A DNA stretch of 64,000 bases from NCBI GenBank assembly GCA_963843145.1, contig CAWJJC010000008.1:1-64000 (forward strand). Direction: 5' to 3'. Both the position numbers and the translations under genes were made by a program. Shown here piece after piece: positions 56,287 through 64,000 of this stretch; positions within the stretch are counted from its first letter, which is position 1; every line of letters begins with the position of its first letter. The notes below the pieces were generated by a model. The model was not told where the DNA came from. It saw only the letters and a list, made by a program, of their open reading frames with translations, and ran no database searches. Source of the stretch: an uncultured delta proteobacterium. Its GTDB lineage: Bacteria; Desulfobacterota; RBG-13-43-22.

Positions 56287-56468
56287 GGGTCAATCCCAAA
56301 GTTAGTTGAAATTCAGAAAGTGGCCAAATTTATTTAAGCGGCCTTCTTCAATCGAGAGACCTCATTTTTTAAAGCATCCCGCAAACGATAAAGATACTTG
56401 AAACCCTGGACCCGTCGCAGGGAGGGTTCAATCATCAGTAGGGCTGAAGCCACCCACCGCTGTTTGTG
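56287..56468 (-). mobile_element. IS256-family remnant (transposase C-terminus + terminal repeat)
   Basis: Minus strand KQRWVASALLMIEPSLRRVQGFKYL..KKAA* then ATTTCAACTAACTTTGGGATTGACCC. Confidence 0.72.
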
Positions 56469-56630
56469 GTACGCTTAAAAGTCCCTTTTGCCAATTCTGA
56501 AGACCCTTTTCAAGTCGGGGATAAGTAACGAAACATTCCAAACGATAATCGTTAACTTCCTGGGGTTTCATGTTAAAAGACTTGTAGGTGATAATCAAGT
56601 TTCAGAGTGACACCTTGCCGGACGGCCAGA

Positions 56631-56945
56631 TTAGGGGTGTAGCTCGCCGTTCGTTTTCACTTTGCCGTAATGCTGCGGAATTTTTTTCAGCGCGTCGCCT
56701 ATCTCAAGTGCAGCCATCCGCAATTCATAGTTTTTTTGCAGGTTAATCCAGATATCCGGCCCCGTCCCGAACCACCGGCCAAGGCGCAAGGCTGTGTCGC
56801 CGGTAATGCCGCGTTTACCCTGTATGATCTGGGTCAGCCGGTTCGTCGGCACACCCAATTCTTTTGCCAGCTCGTTGGCGCTCATGCCGAGCGCCTTTAA
56901 TTCGTCGGCCAAGTGTTCTCCCGGGTGAATGATAATCCGTGCCAT
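56631..56945 (-). CDS. higA: HigA family antitoxin
   Basis: IHPGEHL, GITGDTALRL, WINLQKNYEL. Confidence 0.92.
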   Translation of the reverse strand: MARIIIHPGEHLADELKALGMSANELAKELGVPTNRLTQIIQGKRGITGDTALRLGRWFGTGPDIWINLQKNYELRMAALEIGDALKKIPQHYGKVKTNGELHP

Positions 56946-56957
56946 AGTTAATCCCCT

Positions 56958-57296
56958 TTAACTAGTGGGCTGAACCGTGACGGACATATGTCCTTGTTGC
57001 CCCTTGCTTCTCCGGGAGGCCGGTTTAACCGTGACTTCTACATCCTGCCCGAGTACCGTTAGAAACTCTATCAACCGGCCAATGGATACCGACACGGGAC
57101 GGCAGCGCACAAGCGCCGATACTTGCGCCTGCGTGGATCCAAGAAGTTTCGCGGCTTCGGCTTGGGTTAGCCCCCGGTCTTTCAGGAGCCGGTAAATTTG
57201 TACCGTTAGCTTGGCTTTAACAAGCTCCTGCTCCGAATGGGGGAACCCAAGATCGGCAAAAACATTGCCGCTGCTTTTTTCGCGATTGATCGTCAT
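56958..57296 (-). CDS. XRE/HTH antitoxin
   Basis: SSGNVFADLG, LTQAEAA, LGQDVEV. Confidence 0.85.
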   Translation of the reverse strand: MTINREKSSGNVFADLGFPHSEQELVKAKLTVQIYRLLKDRGLTQAEAAKLLGSTQAQVSALVRCRPVSVSIGRLIEFLTVLGQDVEVTVKPASRRSKGQQGHMSVTVQPTS

Positions 57297-57297
57297 A

Positions 57298-57560
57298 TCA
57301 AAGTCTCCTTATAATGGCCCTCGGCCTGCTTCAAACGGACGCGGATTAAGTCTAATTCATGCTTCGGCGTTGCAATCCCATGCCTGGCCTTCTTCTGAAA
57401 TATGTGCAATACATAAACCTTTGCGGCGAACCGGACGGTATAAACAGCGCGATAGGTATCGCCCCGTGATCCTCGACCAGTTCAAGAACCCCGCTCCGCC
57501 AAACCCTATTAAGCGGCTTACTCCGGCCAAGGTCTCCTGGTGTAATAATCCGGCCATTCG
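57298..57560 (-). pseudogene. RelE/Gp49-like toxin, fragmented
   Basis: GFGG, GVLELVEDH, TYRAVYTVRF, FQKK..GIATPKHELDLI across frames. Confidence 0.72.
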
Positions 57561-57569
57561 CTTCCGGTG

Positions 57570-57825
57570 ATATTCTCACCACATTGGGCCGCGTAAAACG
57601 GGCCATAAGCCAAAAACGCACTGAACGTTAATCCGGATGCTGTGCTGGCCTTTGCGATCACCTTTAAGGCCTTCAAGCCTGTTTCCTGGGTATTGAGGGC
57701 ATGAGGCAGGTCCGCTGCATGATCCTTTCAAGCCGAGCATGGCTTTCCGCTCAAGCCCATTAACGCCTTGACCCTTTCGTCCTCAAAAAAAGCTCGGGTC
57801 AGCTTATTCGGAAACTTAAGATCAT
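57570..57825 (-). pseudogene. higB: HigB toxin, fragmented
   Basis: MILSFR.. and PGNRLEGLKGDRKGQHSIRIN. Confidence 0.75.
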
Positions 57826-58448
57826 TAAATCCCTTTTAGCATATTATATTATCGCGTCAATAGTCAAATCAGGACTTTCCTCTCATTTCTAAGGCCTTAC
57901 CGATCCCGTTGTCCTGGCTTCTCCTTCCCCCGTTCAACGACAAGCGCCATGCTTTACGGATAGGGCTTTCCCGTGCCGTTCTTCGCCTTCCTTTTGCGCC
58001 CTCGCCAAACCCGCCCTTTTCCCTTTTATTTCAGAACCTTTCTCTTTTTTCAGGTTTATGCGGCTTATAACGGGGTCGGCATCCGGCGCAACAGCCAATC
58101 CGCGGTTTTTTCCCCTGCCCTTTGGTCATTCCTCGCGGCCGCCTTGCTCCAAAAAACAGCGTTCCGGCTGTCCTCTTCTTCGTTCCGGCCCTTTCGGGTG
58201 CTCGCGGTTGCCTTTGCCCCCGCAGGGAAGACCCCGAAATTGAGACTCCGGATGGGAATCCGCATGAAGATTATAGCTTGCAGCGCCTTCTCGATCTTAT
58301 TGACCGTAAAGGACTGGCCGCGCTTGGCTAACGGGGCCGTTTTTTCTTGAATGGTTTTTTAAGCCTTGATATATAACAGGATAGTTTGTTATCGTGTTAT
58401 ATATCGGGGAATCACCGTGAAACCCGCGTCCATCACAGGGGCCAAAAT

Positions 58449-59289
58449 ATGAAGTTTCTGGACGGATTATCGGACAACCTTAAAAAAAATCTGCTCAAGG
58501 GACTCCGGGTCTTGTGGACGCACGCTTCGACTTCCCTTGAGGGCAATACCCTGACTTTAGGGGAAACGGATTTTGTTTTAAGCGAGGGGTTGACTATCAA
58601 AGGCAAGCCCCTCAAAGACCACAGGGACGTTGAGGGCCACGCCCGCGCCGTGGACTTGTTGCTGAATCTGGTTAAAAAGGACACGTTCACGGCCGAGGAC
58701 TTGTTCGATCTCCATAGGCTGGTCATCAACGAACAGATTCTTGACGTTTACAAGCCCATTGGGGATTGGAAAAAGGAAAACAACTTCACCACCATCACCC
58801 TTGGCGACACGCAACGATCTTTCAATTTTCAAGCTATCTGGAAGTCCCCCGGCTAATGGCCCGTTGGCTGGACTTGTTGAATATGAGGTTCAAGCCCCGA
58901 AAGAGCTAAAGGAAGCCTTGAGATCCTTTGTTCGGCTTCACCTCTCTTTTGTGGGCATCCATCCTTTTTGGGATGGAAACGGCCGGATTGCGCGGCTGGT
59001 TTCCAACCTGCCTTGCCTCAAATTCGGCTATCCGCCGATCATCATTGATAAGGACAGGCGCTATGACTACATCACCGCCCTGGCTGAATATCATTTAGCC
59101 AATGGGGCTCCTACTGCAAAAACCGACCTGTTTTTTGATAGCCCTTCCCTTGAGAAGTTTTCCGGCCTTTGTGAGCAAAGTTGGGCCAAAAGCTGGACCC
59201 TGGTTGACGAGGCCCGGGCGTTACAGAAAAAACAGAACACCCACGCCCCCAATATCTCCACCAGTCCGGCCGGAAAGTTTTCTCCTTAA
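58449..59289 (+). CDS. Fic family protein, frameshifted near 58820-58890
   Basis: STSLEGNTLT; HPFWDGNGRIARL. Confidence 0.85.
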
Positions 59290-59292
59290 CGG

Positions 59293-59321
59293 TTGACAGA
59301 TAGGGCGGAGTATTATAAATT
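59293..59321 (+). promoter_or_regulatory. Sigma70-like promoter
   Basis: TTGACA-17 nt-TAAATT. Confidence 0.45.
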
Positions 59322-59429
59322 ACGATAACATGTATAGGGGAAAAGGCCAATGAACGACGACAGGATAGCCCCGCCAGCCAATTTTCAGTTTTATCCACCT
59401 TGCCGCCTGGCCCGGTTGAAGACGAAACC

Positions 59430-60297
59430 ATGCACTCTAAGAACGAAATCCGCCCCGTCTTGGTGCGCCAGGGTCTCAAATCGCCGGGCCGTCGCTCGCT
59501 CTTTTCGGTCCTCCTTTTAACCCTACTCTTTTTTCTGATTGCCCTTCCGGGACCGAGGTCGCCGAGCGCCGGAGGTGGGATTCGGCCGCCGGTCTATGGG
59601 TTTCAAGTCATTCAGGCCTTCCCCCATGATCCGGAGGCCTTCACCCAGGGACTGCTATTTCACGAAGGCTATCTGTACGAAAGTACCGGTCTCCATGGAA
59701 AATCCAGCTTAAGGAAAGTTCATCTGGAAACGGGTCGGGTTGTTAAAAACATCCCCTTGTCGGAACAGTATTTTGGCGAAGGGTTGACCCGCTGGAAGGA
59801 TACGCTGGTTCAGTTAACCTGGCAATCGCGGGTCGGGTTTATGTATGATTTGCCCACCTTTCGCCTGATGAAAAAAATGCCTTATCCCTTTGAGGGCTGG
59901 GGATTAACCGAGGATGGCCAATCCTTGATTGCCAGCGATGGGACCTCACAGCTCTATTTCTTGGATCCGGTTCTCTTGAAAGAACGTAAGCGCATAGTGG
60001 TTCGGGACCAGGGGCTGCCCGTGACCCGGCTAAATGAATTGGAATTTATTAACGGGGAGATTTTCGCCAATATTTTTCTCACCGATCGGATTGCCCGCAT
60101 CGCCCCGGATACCGGGGAAGTCACCGGCTGGATCGACTTGACCGGGTTGCTTCCTGTCTCGGATCGCCGGCCCAACACGGATGTCCTTAACGGAATTGCT
60201 TACGACCAGCCAAAAGCACCGGCTCCTGGTGACCGGCAAAAACTGGCCCAAATTGTTTCATATTCGTTTAGTCAAACGGAATCCAGGATCTCCCTGA
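59430..60297 (+). CDS. Glutaminyl-peptide cyclotransferase, frameshift near 60215
   Basis: [37 protein letters not shown]; LLVTGKNWP in next frame. Confidence 0.9.
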
Positions 60298-60480
60298 CCC
60301 GCTGTCCGAGTTCTTCCGGAGTAAAAGGCTTCTGTAGAAAATGTCCCCCCAGGGTCTGCATCCCCTCCAGATATACCCGTTGCTTTGTTTGACAATGCTA
60401 TAAACCGTGGATAACCCCAGCCCGGTCCCCTTGCCCATTTCCTTGGTGGTAAAAAAGGGTTCAAAAAATATTGTCAATCC
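60268..60480 (-). pseudogene. Remnant of hybrid histidine kinase
   Basis: [32 protein letters not shown] joined to receiver tail [20 protein letters not shown]. Confidence 0.78.
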
Positions 60481-60578
60481 GCCGCGGGGGCTGTCCGGTC
60501 TCAGCCGAACCCGCGGGGGCAGGAAAAAACTTGTCAAACCCAGCCTCTTACGTTAAAACCTTTTCAGGGGGGTAGGTT

Positions 60579-60977
60579 ATGGCCTTTTGGAGCCGCAAAA
60601 AAGAAAAAACGTCCGAATCCGGAAAGGCGGAGGGCAAGAGCTTCAAAAACTTTATTGAAGCCGCCTTGTTGGAAATGGAAGGCCTGATGGCCCAAGATCA
60701 AAGATGGTATTATAACCTGCCCTATACGGGCGCCATGTCCATCGAGGAAGCCAAAAACTTTGAAACCGAAAAAAGGGCTCTCTGGCGTCGGGTGATCTAT
60801 GATGCCCGGCGCACTAAACTCCCCGGATTAAAGTGGGAAACCCGGGGGGATGCCCAGGTCTGCCCGGAATGCCAGAGAATGGAGGGTCGTATTTTTTCGT
60901 TGGAAGAATATGACGGCTTAAACCAAAGGATCATGCACATCGGCTGCCGCTGTAACCTGGTTTCCGTCCGTGATTAA
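60579..60977 (+). CDS. Hypothetical protein with phage Mu gpF-like C-terminal Cys/His motif
   Basis: WETRGDAQVCPEC..EG..HIGCRC. Confidence 0.6.
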   Translation: MAFWSRKKEKTSESGKAEGKSFKNFIEAALLEMEGLMAQDQRWYYNLPYTGAMSIEEAKNFETEKRALWRRVIYDARRTKLPGLKWETRGDAQVCPECQRMEGRIFSLEEYDGLNQRIMHIGCRCNLVSVRD

Positions 60978-60980
60978 GGC

Positions 60981-61955
60981 ATGACCCGCGCGATTGGACT
61001 TCTCTCGGGCGGCCTGGACAGCATGTTGGCCGCCCGCTTGATCAAAGACCAGAACATTGACGTCTTGGGGGTGGCCTTTGTAACCCCATTTTTCGGTCCC
61101 GAAAAAGCCCAACAGGCAGCCGATCGGCTACAGCTCCCGCTACGGGTCCTGGATATTACCCGGCCTCATTGGACCATGCTTCAGCAGCCCCGATACGGCT
61201 ACGGCAAAGGGCTGAATCCCTGTATCGACTGCCACGCCCTGATGCTTCGCGAGGCCGGGAAACTCATGGAGTCCGTCGGCGCCGGCTTTTTATTCACCGG
61301 GGAAGTATTGGGGCAGCGGCCTTTTTCCCAGACCAGGCCTTCCCTGCGGGCGGTGGAAAAAACCTCCGGGTACCTGGATCTGATCTTGCGGCCCTTGAGC
61401 GCCCTGCTTTTACCGGAGACTCGTCCCGAGCGGGAAGGGCTGGTGGACCGGAGCCGGCTTCTGGATATCAGCGGCCGTTCGCGAAAACGGCAGATGGCCC
61501 TGGCTGAAAATTACGGATTGACCGAATATCCGGCGCCGGCCGGCGGATGCCTGCTGACCGACCCGATTTTTTCCAGACGACTGAAGGAACTGCTGGCCCA
61601 TTCCCCGGAACCGGAGTTGAGGGAAATCGAATTGTTGAAAACAGGTCGGCATTTTCGCCTCCATTCCCGTCTGAAAATAATCGTCGGGCGCAACAAAAAG
61701 GAAAATGAGGCCATCGAAGGGCTGGCCGAGACCCAGGACCTGATGGCCCGTTGCCTTGGGTTTCCCGGTCCGCTGGTCCTGGCCGTGGGTTCCTCGACAG
61801 CGGAAGATTGGGAAAAAGCGGCGGATATGGCCGCCGCCTACAGCGATGCCCCCGAAGATCGAATGAGCTCGGTTCAATTGATCCAAAAAGACCGGACCTG
61901 GACGCAGAAGGTCCCCAAACTGCCCAAAGAAACCTTTAAACAGTGGTTGCTTTGA
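60981..61955 (+). CDS. ThiI/MnmA-like tRNA thiouridylase with NFACT/DUF814-like tail
   Basis: PP-loop SGGLDS, NPCIDC, TGEVLGQRP, PAGGCLLT, GRHFR, GRN. Confidence 0.85.
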   Translation: MTRAIGLLSGGLDSMLAARLIKDQNIDVLGVAFVTPFFGPEKAQQAADRLQLPLRVLDITRPHWTMLQQPRYGYGKGLNPCIDCHALMLREAGKLMESVGAGFLFTGEVLGQRPFSQTRPSLRAVEKTSGYLDLILRPLSALLLPETRPEREGLVDRSRLLDISGRSRKRQMALAENYGLTEYPAPAGGCLLTDPIFSRRLKELLAHSPEPELREIELLKTGRHFRLHSRLKIIVGRNKKENEAIEGLAETQDLMARCLGFPGPLVLAVGSSTAEDWEKAADMAAAYSDAPEDRMSSVQLIQKDRTWTQKVPKLPKETFKQWLL

Positions 61956-62018
61956 TTCCCTCCGAAGGGGCGACCGGCCGTTCACCCTTACGACCTGAGG
62001 TTTTACCGGCGAAATTCC

Positions 62019-62708
62019 ATGGCGATCATTGAGATCAAGGACGTTAGCAAGTGTTACGATACCGGCTCCTCTCGCGTCTGGGCCCTCCAGGGGTTCAGTC
62101 TTTCCATTCAGCCCGGGGAAGCGATCATCTTTTCCGGGAAGAGCGGTTGCGGCAAGACCACCTTGCTGAATCTGGTGGGCGGCCTGGATAAGCCCACCTC
62201 CGGAGAGGTTTGGGTGGGCCAAAGAAACATCGGGGTCCTTTCGGAAAAAGAGCGCACCCTTTATCGTCGCCGGGAAGTGGGCACCATCTTTCAATCCTTT
62301 AATCTCATCCCCATGTTGTCCGTTGAAGAAAATATTGCCCTCCCCCACTGGCTGGAGGGGTTTTCCACGGAACAAACCCGTGATCGGGTGGATACTTTGT
62401 TGGATCAACTGGGCCTGACGCCCCGCCGGAATCACCGGCCTTACGAACTTTCAGGCGGAGAACAACAACGGGTAGCCATCGCCCGGGCCTTGATCAATTC
62501 CCCCCGGGTCATCCTGGCCGACGAACCAACCGGCAACCTGGATTCCCAGACCGGGTACCAGGTCTTATCCATCCTGTCCGATTTAAATCGCGCCCAGGGA
62601 CAAACCCTTTTAATTGCCACCCATTCCCGGGAAGCCGATTCCCTGGCCAGTCGAATCATAACGCTTAAAGATGGACAAATTCTCGAAATCAGAGGTTATC
62701 AAAGGTAA
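62019..62708 (+). CDS. ABC transporter ATP-binding protein (LolD/MacB-like), no adjacent permease
   Basis: GKSGCGKT, LSGGEQQR, ADEPTGNLD. Confidence 0.92.
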   Translation: MAIIEIKDVSKCYDTGSSRVWALQGFSLSIQPGEAIIFSGKSGCGKTTLLNLVGGLDKPTSGEVWVGQRNIGVLSEKERTLYRRREVGTIFQSFNLIPMLSVEENIALPHWLEGFSTEQTRDRVDTLLDQLGLTPRRNHRPYELSGGEQQRVAIARALINSPRVILADEPTGNLDSQTGYQVLSILSDLNRAQGQTLLIATHSREADSLASRIITLKDGQILEIRGYQR

Positions 62709-62714
62709 GGTCAA

Positions 62715-63743
62715 ATGAAAAAAGTCAAGGTTAAGAAAGCGGTCGGTCTGGTCTTGGGCCACGACCTGACCCGGATCATCCCCGGCCAATTCAAGGGCGT
62801 GGCTTTCAAAAAAGGTCATATCATTCGCGAGGAGGATATCCCCGCCCTGCTGGACTTAGGGAAAGAAACCATTTTTGTTTTGGATATCCTCCCGGGGACC
62901 CTTCACGAGAACGAAGCGGCCCAGCGTCTGGCCGAGGCCCTGATGGGGGAACATCTCTTCTTGCAGGGCCCGGCTGAAGGAAAAATCAGCTTGGTGGCCC
63001 AAACCAAAGGCCTCCTGAAAATTCAAGTTCCGGCCCTGAACCGCATCAACCTGATCCCGCAGATCATCGTTTCCACCCTCCACAACCATACGGTCTGCCG
63101 CGAAGGGGATGTGGCCGCCGCCACCCGCATCATACCGCTGACCATCGCTGAAAAAAGTATCCTGCGGGCTGAACGAATCTGCGCCCAGGCCGGACCGGTG
63201 GTCGCCATCCAACCCTTGGCCGTTAAAAAAGTGGGCGTAGTGGTGACCGGGTCGGAAGTCTTTTCCGGGCGGGTAAAAAACGGCTTTGATCAGTGGGTAG
63301 GAAATAAGTTAACCGACTACGGCTGCACGATCATAAAACAAGTGACCGTCCCCGATAAACGGCCCTTAATCTCCGGGGCCATCCGGGAATTGATCGAGTT
63401 GGGCTGCGATCTGATCGTAACCACCGGCGGCATGTCCATCGACCCCGACGACGTAACCCGCAAGGGAATCCGTCAAGCCGGGGCCAAGATCATTTTTTAT
63501 GGCACCCCGGTTTTGCCCGGGGCCATGTTTCTCTATGCCCGGGTGGGGGAGATCCCGTTACTGGGACTGCCGGCCTGTGTCTTTTACCATCAGGTAACTT
63601 TGTTTGACCTCATCCTGCCGCTGATCTTAGCCGGCGAACAGCCCACCAGAAAAGAAATCGCCGCCCTGGGTCACGGCGGGCTCTGCCGGAACTGTCCGGA
63701 ATGCCGCTACCCTGTTTGTCCATTCGGCAAAGGAGGTTATTAG
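62715..63743 (+). CDS. Molybdopterin-binding (MoeA-like) protein with C-terminal Cys cluster
   Basis: TGSEV, TTGGMSIDPDDVT, PVLPGAM, GGLCRNCPECRYPVCPFGK. Confidence 0.85.
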   Translation: MKKVKVKKAVGLVLGHDLTRIIPGQFKGVAFKKGHIIREEDIPALLDLGKETIFVLDILPGTLHENEAAQRLAEALMGEHLFLQGPAEGKISLVAQTKGLLKIQVPALNRINLIPQIIVSTLHNHTVCREGDVAAATRIIPLTIAEKSILRAERICAQAGPVVAIQPLAVKKVGVVVTGSEVFSGRVKNGFDQWVGNKLTDYGCTIIKQVTVPDKRPLISGAIRELIELGCDLIVTTGGMSIDPDDVTRKGIRQAGAKIIFYGTPVLPGAMFLYARVGEIPLLGLPACVFYHQVTLFDLILPLILAGEQPTRKEIAALGHGGLCRNCPECRYPVCPFGKGGY

Positions 63744-63744
63744 C

Positions 63745-64000
63745 ATGAACTTATCGGGTCTGAGGGTGCTTATTCGCGGGGCGGGAGAGATGGCCAGCGG
63801 GGTGGCTTGGCGCCTTTTTCAGTCTCATTTCCAGATCCTCTTGACCGAGATCCCGCAACCCCTGGCTGTGCGCCGGGGGGTTTCCTTTTGCGAAGCGGTT
63901 TACGAAGGGAGCCAGTCCGTGGAGGGGGTTGAGGCCGTCCGCATCCAACTCCTGGAGGAGTGCGCCGCGGTCTGGCGGAGCCATCGGATCCCGTTGCTGA
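63745..64000 (+). CDS. yqeB: Selenium-dependent molybdenum hydroxylase accessory protein YqeB (partial)
   Basis: VLIRGAGEMASGVAWRL..PLAVRRGVSFCEAVY..VEGV; runs off window. Confidence 0.85.
   Translation, partial: MNLSGLRVLIRGAGEMASGVAWRLFQSHFQILLTEIPQPLAVRRGVSFCEAVYEGSQSVEGVEAVRIQLLEECAAVWRSHRIPLL

Noticed and set aside
33800-56330. Scattered GTTGAAAT/ATTGAAAT motifs resembling CRISPR repeat ends
   Set aside because: No regular repeat-spacer periodicity and no cas genes; the two best copies are IS256 ends
57840-58380. ORFs 57973-58350 and 58065-58265
   Set aside because: No motifs or RBS; looks like non-coding repeat or mobile-element debris that I cannot assign

Overview
GC-rich bacterial chromosomal window. 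Gene content (AOR, AmmeMemo, MoeA-like, YqeB) suggests an anaerobic Desulfobacterota/deltaproteobacterium; this is inference. Many single-base frameshifts (recQ, APH, mod, res, fic) suggest an imperfect long-read consensus, so 'pseudogene' calls are provisional. Housekeeping blocks (cls, aor, recQ, ACAD/APH, two RND pumps, MATE, msrAB, PAS-GGDEF, thiI-like, moeA-like, yqeB) alternate with three accessory zones. (i) 12.4-21.0 kb: a Type III-like R-M locus with an ATPase/TOPRIM-like pair between mod and res, followed by an ORF the track missed that reads through three in-frame UGA codons at Cys positions (HMA motif GMT-U-MS-U), with SECIS-like hairpins: a candidate triple-selenocysteine metal chaperone. 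(ii) 30.4-35.9 kb: secreted beta-helix protein, gene remnants and a class D group II intron with matching EBS/IBS but a deleted RT. (iii) 49.0-59.3 kb: an integrase-less integron-like cassette array (HNH-like and CBS-HEPN cassettes), IS256/IS66 remnants, a four-Lcl-domain surface protein, four toxin-disabled TA modules and Fic. Four exported proteins share a [FY]LP[LV] motif. No rRNA, tRNA or CRISPR array seen.
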